Assembly (NCBI GenBank): GCA_024704765.1
Contig: JAKMXF010000361.1
Span: forward strand, 62,001 to 126,000
Direction of reading: 5' to 3'
From: Oopsacas minuta
Lineage: Eukaryota; Animalia; Porifera
DNA: 64,000 bases
The translations under genes were made by a program, and so were the position numbers. Below are positions 1 to 12,100 of the stretch, piece after piece. The notes under the pieces are model-generated. The model was given only the letters and a program-made list of their open reading frames with translations, did not search any database and had not been told where the DNA came from. Every line of letters starts with the position of its first letter. Positions within the stretch are counted from its first letter, which is position 1.

Positions 1-342
1 AATAAATGGATTCCCGACGATATATTAGCTTTAAATCCCAAAATAAAGAATATTTTCGAGAATCCAACAACTACACAATTTAACCACAGGGTACTGGGAA
101 CTACTGTATTGGGAATGGTAGCATTTGTATGGAGTGTAGCGAGACCGATAGGGTTACCACCTCGTGCCCGATTGGCTGTGAACTGCTTAGCTGGTATGGC
201 GGTTCTTCAGGTTACCCTTGGGATCAGCACCTTGTTAGCATATGTACCTACGTATCTAGCAGCTACTCACCAGATGGGATCAGTCTCACTACTCAGTCTC
301 ACTGTTTGGCTGATGCAAGAAATAAGGCGAATAATAAAGTAG
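1..342 (+). CDS. COX15: Heme A synthase COX15, 3' end (5'-truncated by window)
   Basis: Frame 1 is open from base 1: NKWIPDDILALNPKIKNIFENPTTTQFNHRVLG...LQVTLGISTLLAYVPTYLAATHQMGS. The ENPxTxQFNHR, QVTLGISTLL and LAATHQ motifs are typical of COX15. Confidence 0.93.
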   Translation, partial: NKWIPDDILALNPKIKNIFENPTTTQFNHRVLGTTVLGMVAFVWSVARPIGLPPRARLAVNCLAGMAVLQVTLGISTLLAYVPTYLAATHQMGSVSLLSLTVWLMQEIRRIIK

Positions 343-2231
343 ATCTCTTATACACAGATTAAATACGCTTATTTTATCTACGTACAACTTAGATTAATTA
401 TTTTCGCAGTCCTAGCATGACTTACAATATCTTTATAGGAAATTATGTTTCTTTAGAAGTAAAAACTATTATTGTTTCTGTTTATGTGTTTGTCCGATAT
501 GGCGATATCAAAAAATAATTATGAAGATAAATCACCAATACATTTTGATAAATATGTGAATTAACACTTTTGGTTGAAAAAAGCTTAAAATGATCAGAAA
601 GCCAGAAAATTGAAGGAATTATGACAAACCTGATATCACCTCACCCTTCACGTTCATATTATTTTTCTAAAAGTGAGAAAGCCAAACTTTTGTTTCCATC
701 GTGAACGAGTTAAGTTTATCCCATTTTTATTCCAGCCTCTACTAGGAGTAAACCTGAGTGAATACTACACAAATATGAAGAATTGTATTAATGTTATGTT
801 GGGCTGGAGGAAGGGCATCGAAGCAGATTTAGATTAGCTAAGCATAAATTGGGAGTATTAAATGAGTTAGTGGTGCTTGTTTGGAGATTAATAAGCCCAC
901 TTAAACACCCAATTAAGCCCTGCTGAGGCTCGTGAATATGTTCAATTTAACATAAATTTTTATATCCGTTTGATCTTCATAGATCGAGTTGTCGTGCTGT
1001 CCATTGTGTATTATTGAGATTAAATTTGAATATCAGGCTCGGCAGAAATCTGGTAGAAACCTCATAAGGGCCCCAAGCTGTATTGTCGATTTGTCGAACC
1101 GAATGGGATACGTATCCTTATAAATTTATATTTCTATACGTTTTCACTATACATTGTTAATCTATTTCCAAAACCAACATGTTGATTTTGCAACATCAAC
1201 GTTTTTCAAATTTAAACATAGTAGAACCGATACAGCAGTATTTTGGCGGTACATCGCACATCGCTTGGGAAAGTTTTGAACTAAATTTGGAACTAAAATA
1301 ACACATCCACCACTTTATTACGTAAGAATCGCCTTTTTGGACAAGGTGTGACTTTATTCCATAGAAACTTCACCATTCTAAACTAGTGTGCAGTGCAGTG
1401 TAGCACAATAAAGTTCTTTAAACTCGATTATATGTCTGACAATATTATAAAGAACAGTAGTTAATAAATGAATCATTATTCGCTGCGTTATTTCAAATGA
1501 AATTTAATTCCTCAAATGCTAGATGTCATAACGTTATGCCACACATAGGGAAAGCTTGCGAGAATAGGAATCGAACTAGACTTATTCTTGTCAGGGTTTA
1601 TTGCATATATTTGTTGTACAAGATAAGATTATGGTACAATTCGAACTACGTGTAGACTACCATTTTCAATGAATTGTGTAGATGGAATCTATTTTGAAAG
1701 TTCACAATTCACAAGTTGATAATTTCTTGTCAACTTGTGAATTGTGAACTTTCAAAATAGATTCCTTATTCGCACCTTGTGTACTTGCACCTGTTCAATA
1801 CATGTATGTCTTCAATTATTATTATTGAGTAGTTGAGAAGAATGTTGCATTAGCTAAATTGTATTAGATAATAGACCGAGATATGGAATTATACACAGGA
1901 CTCTAAAATATATTTTGATTCGTAACAATGGCAATAACACTATTTCTTTGGTTATTCGATTAGATTATCGTCAATATGGCCGCCTAACTAGCATACATAC
2001 AGATTAACTGAATCTTATAATAAATCGCATTGAGGGTAATGAAGCCTCGGTTTTACGTGAAGCAGCATTTTCAAACTTTTCTCACTTTTAGTCATTCATC
2101 TGATAGGAGTTCATTCAGATCGGAGCTGACACATGACTTATAATAGGCTTTATTGGTGAACATATAAAGGTGATGGAGATGCGATAAACATCAAATACAC
2201 AATATTATCAGCTGATTCATATATCTGTAGC

Positions 2232-2516
2232 ATGGGTTCGGCAGGAACGTATTGTTGGAGATTCCTCTGGCTTATCCTCTTCTTGGTAATAGGATGGTGG
2301 TTGGGATTCTTCTGTGCAGGTTTGTACGTGCTAATTGGACCATTTTGGATGTGTTGTGGATGTTGGCAACCAGTAGCTAGAGTTCTCCTAGTTGGTCTCC
2401 ATCTGCCATTATTGCTTATTAAATTTATGAAGGAGGGGAAAACTGGATGCCCTAGCAAAAAGGGACTCGTGAAAGAAATGGGAGAGCTACTGTTAAAGTT
2501 TGTGTCATACGTCTAA
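2232..2516 (+). CDS. 94-aa Cys/Trp-rich small membrane protein, uncharacterised (paralog A, intronless)
   Basis: ORF MGSAGTYCWRFLWLILFLVIGWWLGFFCAGLYVLIGPFWMCC...; ATG is preceded by tgtag|c. It aligns along its length with the minus-strand gene at 3864-4223. Confidence 0.8.
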   Translation: MGSAGTYCWRFLWLILFLVIGWWLGFFCAGLYVLIGPFWMCCGCWQPVARVLLVGLHLPLLLIKFMKEGKTGCPSKKGLVKEMGELLLKFVSYV

Positions 2517-2626
2517 TGCTGAAGAAATTATTATAAAGCAATTTGATTATTTCTCTTACTTATTCATTATTATTTATTTATAAAGTTGTAGAATTTAGTA
2601 TTAAATTCATTTCTAAGCATCTACAT

Positions 2627-2667
2627 TAATAATAATAATAATAATTATTATTATTATTATTATTATT
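2627..2667. repeat. Palindromic microsatellite (AAT)n followed by (ATT)n
   Basis: taataataataataataattattattattattattattatt seen directly. Confidence 0.85.
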
Positions 2668-2710
2668 TTAAATTTATTGACAAACTGTATAGTAATAAAA
2701 TATAAATATA

Positions 2711-2799
2711 CAGTAGAAGCAAATACGTACACGAGCGAAATTTGTACTTCTTTTACGGAAATTCGTATTAACTGTGTTCGTACTAACGAGGTTCTACTG
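2711..2799. mobile_element. 89-bp pogo/Tigger-type MITE
   Basis: TA|cagtagaa ... ttctactg|TA terminal inverted repeats with a TA duplication. Confidence 0.65.
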
Positions 2800-3863
2800 T
2801 ATTCACCATTAATTGGAGAAGTCCTTCCAGTGGCTTTTGCCCCTATTAACAAATAAATTGCAATAATTAATGAAGGTAAACAATTACTGTCACAGAGTTC
2901 GAATATTAAATATTTGAATGGTGTTATATAATATGAGTATACAGTCAGAGTCACTTAGTATGAACCCTCTCGGGGGGCCAAAAGACTCTCAAAATAATAA
3001 AATACTTGATTGTATATGTAATTTTATTGATTTACAGCCTCAAATAAGCAAATGTTTAAAATACTTGATCTTGAAACTAATGATAATATTAACGTTAGTT
3101 CCTTTGATAGGATATTAATGAAGTACTCTAGAGGATTCTATCTACTTCCTATATTAATTCGTAACATTAAGGAAGCAAGTAAAAATACAGAATACCTGCA
3201 ATGTTGAGATTCTTTGGTGCAGTTGAGTATCACATAGTGATTACACAACTTCTTCACTATTTGAATTCATTAAACTTCCCAGATAAGAGCTAATTTATTC
3301 CTGATACGTACCTACAAAAATTCTGAATATAACTAACAAAACGTATCTAGTAGTAATAATTATATATAATGAATACATATACTAAATGAATTATTGAATA
3401 ATACACCTTCTAAAATAGGGGTACACTTATTCGTCATTTTTTTGGGGGTTATCTCTGGTGCACAGTTTGTGGGGAGTAGTAGGGTGAACCCTGTTTGTAT
3501 TGTTCTGTACATGACTGATTATCGAAATGGCAGTGAGGAAAGTATATGATGGACACAAAGGTTAGAACTCTTATTATCAAGGAACACTATTCAATAGTCA
3601 CCTATGTGTTCCCCATTAGAGATATTACTGTGTATGAAAGATTTATTGTATAAGATAATATCCGAGTAATGATCTCACTTTAAATGCGTACTTTATTTTA
3701 TATAATCAATTAACAACGACACAGCTAAGTACTAAAAATACCGAACAATAATAATGAAAATAAGCATCTCAGAATATAGATGAGATATTCAAACTATAAG
3801 AAATGTTTAGATAGCAGAACTATTATAACTACACAAACTAATTTATTAAATATTTGAATGTTA

Positions 3864-4223
3864 TTAGAATGGAGAGATGAGATCCTTGAACATCATTCCC
3901 AAGTCTTTCGTCAGATCCCCGTAACCAGGAAAACTGTCTCTCCCTTCCTTTATGTACTTAGCATTGAGGATTGGAAAGCAAGTGCCGATCCAAAGAAATT
4001 TAATCTATGAAATAATAAATACATTAAATTTAGTCAGAATTGAAATTCAATATCTAATCATTTTGAAAATTGAAAGAATATAACTCACCACTGGTGTCAA
4101 TGCATCTATACACACCCAGCAAGGTGAAATAAGAACGAACCAACCAGCACAGAAATTTCCTATCCACCACCCGATCACAATAAAGATTATAAACCATAGA
4201 ATTGTCCAACCTGCGTTTGCCAT
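3864..4223 (-). CDS. 91-aa small membrane protein, uncharacterised (paralog B); exons 4223-4089 and 4004-3864
   Basis: MANAGWTILWFIIFIVIGWWIGNFCAGWFVLISPCWVCIDALTPV|gtgagt...ttcatag|IKFLWIGTCFPILNAKYIKEGRDSFPGYGDLTKDLGMMFKDLISPF*. The 84-nt phase-0 intron restores full-length similarity to 2232-2516. Confidence 0.82.
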
Positions 4224-4681
4224 TTCAATTGAGATAGATTGAAAATGCGGGAGAATTAAACTAGAATGAAAGCTAGATTTGAAATCTTGCAATTCTTACT
4301 ATATATATATGTGTGTGTGTATCAGAGTATATCATTAATTAATGAATAAGGCCTAATTTCAATAACATGTAGAATTTAGAGATAATTGAGTCTTATCAGC
4401 AAAATAACGATATTCTTTGAATCTATAGCAATATTTTAGTCCAAATTATTAGTGTATCTTAATTAATTCTATTATGTGTATTAGAGACTTCCGATGTGCA
4501 TCCGTAGGCTGACAATAATTTCTGTGTTTTAGAGTTTCTAATATCATATGTTCTGGTATCGGATATTATAATAGAATCAATTTTACAGGTAAGACAAGAA
4601 AATGACTACATACATTTCTACACTCTATAATAGCAACTCTTTTGTATTATTCTAGAAAACATTAGCATATTAGATTTCCAT

Positions 4682-5333
4682 AGCTACGAGTACGCAACTC
4701 TTACTCACGCTATTCGGTTGCGAACACTTCGTGTCCGCACTCAGGACTACGGCCCTCGAGTACATAACTCATAATCTTAACCGTAGCAAACATGGTACTA
4801 CCATAATCTTTAAATCTGCTTATTTTATGTCCCCAAAAGTAAACAAATATTTATATAATATTGTTTACAATATCATATTTGGATTCAACATACTCGATTA
4901 CCTCAGTATTACCATTGAAAGCAAGTTTCTACCACAATTTTGAAATTTGTTTACTTCATGTACCTTAAAGCAAACAAATATTCACGATATGTTGTTTACA
5001 ATACCATATTCAAGACTCAGCATACTCGATTACCTCTGAGTAGCCATTTAGAGCAGCCTGTACATATATTTTAGATTTGGATGATTTGTTTACTTAATAT
5101 TCATAAAAGCAACAATAAATTCACATATGAGAAACTTGAAAATGTGAAAATCGGGTTCAGCATGTTTGATATATTTACTGAAGTTTTATTGGATTCTATT
5201 TACTTCCTTAATAAACACGAAAAATACATAGTTATGCGACAATGTCAAAAATTGCATACCGTAACTCTTCCTTGACAACGGACAAACAGGCAAACAAACA
5301 AACAAACAACAATTGAGATTTAATAATATAGAT
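4682..5333 (+). mobile_element. Helentron/DINE-1-like non-autonomous element, copy A
   Basis: 5' GC-rich hairpin region, core shared with 6012-6411 and 62882-63250, (CAAA)n microsatellite, 3' end ttaataatatagat. The family assignment is inferred from this structure. Confidence 0.6.
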
Positions 5334-6011
5334 TTTAGTACTAAATTTGACCATTGACAATCGAAGAAATGTCAGAAGGGGCAGCGTCAAACCATTGTCA
5401 ATTTCATCTCATTATTATATTATTAAGGATGCTTGTTGTTTAATGGTAATACATAGAGAAGTACATATAATGAGTCACTGAATGACCATAACAGCATAAG
5501 CATGATGACGTCATTCAACTTGAATTTTGACAAAAGAGTCAAAATTCAAAATTTGATATAATAGGATCATTGGAGTATTTAACTTCATTGAAATTCTATG
5601 AATTGAAAATTGTTATATTGAAACTCATAGGACCACTAAATGTGCTTCAATATAACAAGAGTTCGATACAAACGGCTGTACATTAAGTTCATTACAAGGA
5701 GTGGTTAGGGAACATTCTTACTTATTTCGATAATTCCATGTAGCAGACATTTCCTAAAGCCAATCGTATATGATGTAACTATGTTGCATGCAACAAGACT
5801 TCATACAAGGTACGACAATTGCATGAACAAATTTAATTTTCATCCAACATTTCTTGCATGAAAATAGTACATGTTCCTAATTCCATACAAACAAGTTTTT
5901 TGCAGCATTATTGCATGCAACTCTTGTCATACATAATGCAACAAAATACCCTCAAATTCCCCAAACAAATTTTAATGCAACAATATTGCATCCTGTATGG
6001 TAGGCTTTATA

Positions 6012-6411
6012 TTATACGAGCCACTACGCTTGCTCGCGCTGCGAGGTTTGCGAACACTGTGTTCGCATGTAACTCGGCACTTCGTGCCTCGAATTGGCAA
6101 AGTATATAAAATGCAAAATGAATTAATAAATATATATTTGAGCTATTTGTTTACTTTATATTCATAAAAACAACAAAATTTACATATGATGAACTTGAAA
6201 ATGCGAAATTCAGATTCAGCATATTTGATATATTTATTCAAGTTATATAGAATTGTGCTTACAATCTTGATAAACACGATAAATACATAGTTATGTGACA
6301 TCTCATAATTGAGTAGTTCGAATTCAATACAACATTCCATAAATCCTTTCCCTGACAACGGACAAACAAACAAACACACACACACAACGGTCGAGTTTTA
6401 ATAGTATTGAT
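6012..6411 (+). mobile_element. Helentron/DINE-1-like non-autonomous element, copy B
   Basis: atacgagcc...ctcggcacttcgtgcctcg (GGCAC-GAA-GTGCC hairpin on the opposite strand), shared core, gacaacggacaaacaaacaaac, 3' end ttaatagtattgat. Confidence 0.62.
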
Positions 6412-6481
6412 TAGTCAAAGTTACCCCCTATTGAAACAAAATAGTAGGTAATCTAGGCAATAAAATTGGGTGAAACAAATA

Positions 6482-7297
6482 CTACAAAGGTTTGAATTTT
6501 CTCTGAAGTTTCATTGCAGTAATTTTTTTCTTGTCTTCATCAAACTTTTTCTGTAGCTGTAGAATATTGTCTCTCTTCTCTTCTCTCATTTGGAATTTGT
6601 AAAAGTGTAGTAATTCATTCTTTTTCTTTTTCTTAGTAACTTTCCTTAGTCGTATTTTTGAGAGATTATGTTTGGGGACCTTTTTATTATTCTTGCCAGT
6701 GACTGTTATCCAACCATCTTCATCAGGAATATTTCTACGTTTCTTAACTGTATTCTCTTCTGTTTGTCTTCTTGCGTCATATTTTGTCATAAATCTCTTT
6801 ACCTGAGTTTGGAGTTGTTCAATTTCAGGCCTCTCATCTTTGTATTCTTCTATCCAGGAATTGATTCCGATTTGTTTCACTATCGTACAACTGATAGGAG
6901 ATTCAATAGAGTTCCTGGATAATTCCTCAATACATTCTAAAGATATTTCATTTACAAATACAACGTAAGCATAGATGAAACCATCAGAATTTGGTAGCAA
7001 GATAGAGAAATACGGATCTTTGCTTGATTTTGTTGACACTTTTAAGTTTAACCCACCCAAAGACTTGCTAATATGTAAGTAGGAGATTGCACCTAATGAA
7101 TTGAATATACCAGTTACACTCTCCTTCTTCATATAGAATGGTAATCCTGCTACAAACAGGGTTTTACCATCAGGCAACTCTTTCTTGTCACTGTGGTCTG
7201 TGTGAACTTTACAATACAATGAGTGTGGATCTGATGGCAGGTCGTATTTAAACATCACATCTATTATATAATAATCTCCAACTTTATTTGAACTCAT
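6482..7297 (-). CDS. RRP7A: Ribosomal RNA-processing protein 7 homolog A (intronless)
   Basis: KTLFVAGLPFY N-terminal RRM-like region; PDEDGWITV and KKKKNELLHFYKFQMRE...KKFDEDKKKI...RKFKP form the RRP7 C-terminal domain. Confidence 0.93.
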   Translation of the reverse strand: MSSNKVGDYYIIDVMFKYDLPSDPHSLYCKVHTDHSDKKELPDGKTLFVAGLPFYMKKESVTGIFNSLGAISYLHISKSLGGLNLKVSTKSSKDPYFSILLPNSDGFIYAYVVFVNEISLECIEELSRNSIESPISCTIVKQIGINSWIEEYKDERPEIEQLQTQVKRFMTKYDARRQTEENTVKKRRNIPDEDGWITVTGKNNKKVPKHNLSKIRLRKVTKKKKKNELLHFYKFQMREEKRDNILQLQKKFDEDKKKITAMKLQRKFKPL

Positions 7298-7620
7298 CTG
7301 TATAGTGACTCTCTCTTTTGCATAAAATCACTGAAAATTTATTAGAAAATGGTATAATTTTCAAAATTTAATATTTTAGAAACTTCTACATATGTAAAGG
7401 AAGTCGGGTCTGTGGATGTGTTGATATGCCCACATTCCCCAATTGGGACCTTCAATTTCAACTATTAAATATTTATAATGTATGAGCCCAAAATTAGTAC
7501 GTCATCCTTTCCTAAATCTAAATTTGAAATTGTCTGACGTAGGCCAAATGTATACCTTTAGATCCCTGAGCTGTGGGTTCTTCAATCAATTCAAGACATA
7601 GAAATATATTCATACAAGTA

Positions 7621-8927
7621 GAACGGGCGTTCAAAAGTTCCCGACCCTACCCAATATTTTTGTAACTATACAGAATATACATGTACAATTGTTATATTTT
7701 CTCGAAATAATCACCATTAACGTCTATGACTCGTTGTAGACGATCTAGCCATTTATAAATACATTTTTATAGTCTCCGAGCGGGATACTTTTTAGGAATC
7801 TCCAAATTGCGTTCCCTAGGTCGATTCTGGTATCAAAATGCCTGCCTGCAAGGTCCTTTTTCAACTTTGCAAAGAGCCAAAAATCACAAGGAGCGAGATC
7901 AGGTGAGTAGGGTGGGTGATCTAGCTCAACAACTCTCATTCTATCCAACTCTGACTTTACGAGCTTAGTTTTATGTGGCCGTGCATTATCGTGCAATAAT
8001 CGCATGCCCCGCGGTCTAGACTTTGGCCTCTGCTCCCAGCAATGTTTTTCTACTTCTGAGAGGCAACTGTTTGCATAAAAGTCCCCGGTAATTGTCTCCC
8101 CTTTTGGTATTATAATCTGGGCGATTGGGCCATGTGCATCAAAGAAAATTGAGTACAGGGCCTTCTGACCTCTGAAGTCCGACCTAGGATTGAGAGGAGG
8201 CGCCTCACCTTTTACGACCCATACCTTATTTCTTTCTTTGGATAGTGGCTCGTCGTATCTTATCCAAGTCTCGTCACCAATAATGATTTCTGCCAACCTT
8301 CTTGGATCCGAGTCGTTATACTCGGAGAGCGTTTTCTTGCACAAGTTACCGACGGTCCTTTTGGTCCTTTGTAAGGGATTGCGGGATCCACCTCGAACAA
8401 ATTTTGCGAACTTTCAGCTCCCGTTGAGATCCCTACACTCATAGCTAACTCCTCAACAGTGATATGAAGATCTTCTTCCACTCTCCAGCGAATTTCAGAG
8501 GTGTTACTGCTAGTGACGGCGGATATGGGACGCCCGATTCGCTCCTAATCTTCCAGTGACTCTCGTCCTTCACGAAACCGCTTGGCCCACTCCTTCACAG
8601 TAGTATATGAAAGACTAGCATCTCCATAAACGACTTCCAAGTCAATGAGAATATCCTTAGGGTCAATACCAAGAAGCGTGCGAATTTTGATATAGGATCT
8701 TTGCTCCAATTTCAAATTTGAAGTAATAAATACTGGAAAATACAAGAATAGTTAAAACTGAGAAATTTGAAATAATCGTAACTAGAAAATTATTGACGAT
8801 ATATGAAAGTTAAAGTAGTTCTGAATAGACAATTGAATAATTTTCGTGTTGAATACAGATACGTAATATAACATCTTATATCTTAAAATTATATGACCAA
8901 GGTTGGGAACTTTTTGAACACCCGTTG
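7621..8927 (-). mobile_element. Mariner (Tc1/mariner, DD34D) DNA transposon, 1307 bp
   Basis: TA|gaacgggcgttcaaaagttcccgacc ... ggttgggaactttttgaacacccgttg|TA imperfect TIRs with a TA duplication, enclosing a transposase. Confidence 0.93.
7745..8745 (-). pseudogene. Mariner transposase pseudogene
   Basis: HTH region (EQRSYIK...WAKRFREGRESLED*ERIGRP), then GDETW, HDNARPH and YSPDLAPCDFWLF with 34 residues between the second and third Asp. There is an in-frame stop at 8545-8547 and a frameshift near 8400. Confidence 0.9.
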
Positions 8928-9180
8928 TAATATATACTCAGGTTGAATTGTTTTAACTTAGTAGATCACATAATGTCAAATCAGTGAGAATTATCTACAT
9001 AATTAATTATCCTTGAATTACTAATCAAAAGTTTATATAGAGGGATAATATTAAGGCTATTTCCCTAATAAAATAGAATAATATTAATTTCTAATTATAA
9101 ATTTCTAAAATTAACCGATGTTATCACAAAGTATATAAAAGCAGAGATATTTATTAAGATTGAAATAAAAAAAGTGAGTT

Positions 9181-12100
9181 ATGAAACAGTTTGTAAAGGC
9201 TCTTGCATTTATATTGACTCTAATAATATGGACGGAATCATGTACGAGTAATGGGATAAGTCTAAACGACAAATTCTCCAGGTGTAATTTCCCCAATTGC
9301 TCAATAACTCTACACGGAGGTGAGCATATAGTGAATAGAACGCTAGTTTTGGAAGGATGGAATTATTTCAATTTGAGTGCTTCAAATCAAACAATCATTA
9401 GATGTAACAACATGGCTGATAATGATACCACAATTATCCGTGCTTACAGAACAAAGTATGTGTCTCTGGAAAACATAACGTTCATAGGCTGTTCAAAACC
9501 AAACCTCAAGGTAGATCAAGACCCTATCCCTTCAATTATATCTACTGATTTCGCATATTCTATCTACATGGATAGCTGCTACTTTCCAGATTATCTCGTA
9601 GTGGGATTGATCGTAAATAATACAGATAGTGTAGTGCTTACAAATAGTTATTTCAAAGCCTGGGATGGGGTGAGCTATAGGAGAGCTGTGTTATATCAGA
9701 ATACAATTCCAAGAAACGCTTCATTCTACGCACATAACATCACATTGGATGGTGGTAACGTATCTTCCCAAATAGATCTTCCCCACTATCATTCGTACAA
9801 GAGTCAGGAAAGAGAAATAGGGGGGAGCTTAGCCTTGTTTATGTACAATATAGGGTCCGTATATATTAAGATTAGTAATTCTACTATTCTCAACTCAGAA
9901 GCAGTTCTAGGGGGAGGGGTCTTCTTTGAAATGTCTGGAAAAGTAACGGAGTATAACATTGAGATAATTGACTGTCATTTCGAAAACAATATCGCAGTGA
10001 AATCTAAAATCGGTAAAGGAGGTGCAATGGGAATCAGAGCCGAATCTAAGAGAGGTAATATCAGAATATATAACTCAACTTTCCAGAACAATCAAGCTAT
10101 CAATGGAGGAGCTATTGCTATTCTTTTGAATGAAAGAGTAGGTGGATCAAATATTGGAATAAATAGTTCCCATTTTTTCAACAACACAGCCAAAATGGAT
10201 TCAGGCGGTGCCGTTTACGCTGAAAACTTCTATCTGTCCAGCTTAAATGTTCTCAATATCAACAATACAGAGTTCTACAGGAATTCTGCTAATAGTGGGG
10301 GAGCAATTTTAACAATGAATTTCCTAGTGTATCTTCTAGAAAATGTCAGCATAAGAGATAACATTGCGTATTATGGTGGAGGAGTGTGTCTACTCGCAAG
10401 TACCCTGATATTAAAAGGAAGTAACATTGTACTTGAAAAGAATAACGCTACCCATTCAGGTGGTGCTCTATACGTGCATAGCTCATCTCAAGTAGTGGCA
10501 TACGGGAATAGAACAAGAATTACAAATAATAATGCAATGATACGAGGAGGAGGAGTATTCGTCTACACGAAATATTTCGAGAACCAGATACATTATGGCT
10601 GGAATAATTGGAGGGATAAAGGCGCATTGTTTGATATTAACTGCTTTCTAATAGCCTTGAAAGGATCTAAAAACTCGCTCATATTTTCAGGCAACAACGT
10701 GACAAGTAATACCGAATTGTGTATGGGAGATGATCTATTTACCAACACATGGGGATCTTGCTATAGCACGTTTCTGCGTATCCCAATTAAACGTGCAATC
10801 GTGTTTAAGGATAGAATAAAGAATAACTGCAGCATATCATTAGATATTGTTATGTATAGCGAGCATAATCATTTCCTCTCTCCTTGTCAGTTAGATATTC
10901 AGTCTGGGGTGAGTTTCACACACAACTGCTCTAAAATACTGGAATTGGATACATTGATAAACTATAATATGAGTTTATCGCAGGCAATTCAAAGACAAGG
11001 TATGGCATTGAAAGGAAAAGCACATTTATTCTTCAACGGATACAAATCTCAAATAAACATTCAGAGTTTGGACGGATTGAATAACTCAATACAAACCTTA
11101 ACAAGGATTATTTTCAAAAGTAAAAATGCTAGTTTCCTAGATAATAAACAGTACCATGTATTAGGAGTTTCACAGTCTGGAAAGTTCAATTTCGAAATCA
11201 AAAAAATGGAAGATGGGTTTGTATTTGGAGAAATATGTCTACTCTCATATTCCACACTTAATCTAGTACATTATTGTGAAGATGCCATAATAGGAGATTG
11301 TCCGAGCCCCTTGCTGAGAGCTGGAGAGGATGAATCTTGCAAGATCCAGGAGAGATTCCATGGAAATGCCTTTGCAAAGGTAAAAGATTCAGATGTTAAC
11401 AAGTTTGATATACAATTGGCACCCGGCACATTATTTTATTATACAAAAAACCCGAGAGAAACAATTTTCAAACCATGCACTTGGTTCCAATGCAAATGTC
11501 ATAAATCAGCAAGCCTACGAAATTGTACATTCAATGTCAACTCACCAGGGGATCAATGTCAACATGATCTGAAATTTCCCTACTGCACTGAATGTGTAAA
11601 GCCGAATCATCGCATTTGTCCGCCATTCAGTTGGTTTTGTTATCATAATCATGTTTGCTTCGAATGCTTTCAGCCCATCCTCATGATAATTGTCTACATC
11701 ATTTTCACTATAATAATAACTGCGGTAATATGTTTGTTACCAATAGACGTCTTCTCTCATTATTCTAGGAGTATCGTATTCTATTCAAGCACTCTATATC
11801 TCCTCTGTATTAACTGTGGAACATTCGAGAAAAAGTTCATTTACCATATACTCTCAATTCCAATAGTAATCTTTAATCTTCTGGTGTCACATATGTTTCC
11901 ATTTTGTCTCCCCAAAGAAGAACCAATATACGAGGCAATTTTTGAAATGGTTACACCACTTCTGTTCGCATTTTACATCTGGGTCATAAAACTGGCATTA
12001 GACAAAGCGCCCCAATGTATAGCTGGACTAGGGAAGTATGGGGCTGTAAACAAACTATGGACGATTATGGTACTGACATATGTACATCTGTGCAACCAAG

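Noticed and set aside
1558-1600. B-box-like gttcgattcc (minus strand) suggesting a tRNA
   Set aside because: No cloverleaf or A-box could be built.
2613-2954. 113-aa ORF with a poly-Ile tail
   Set aside because: Produced by the ATT microsatellite and a MITE in AT-rich DNA.
5081-6385. Similar small ORFs at 5081-5275, 6143-6385 and 62801-63064 that look like a peptide family
   Set aside because: They lie within copies of a dispersed repeat, in different frames and strands, so the similarity is at DNA level only.
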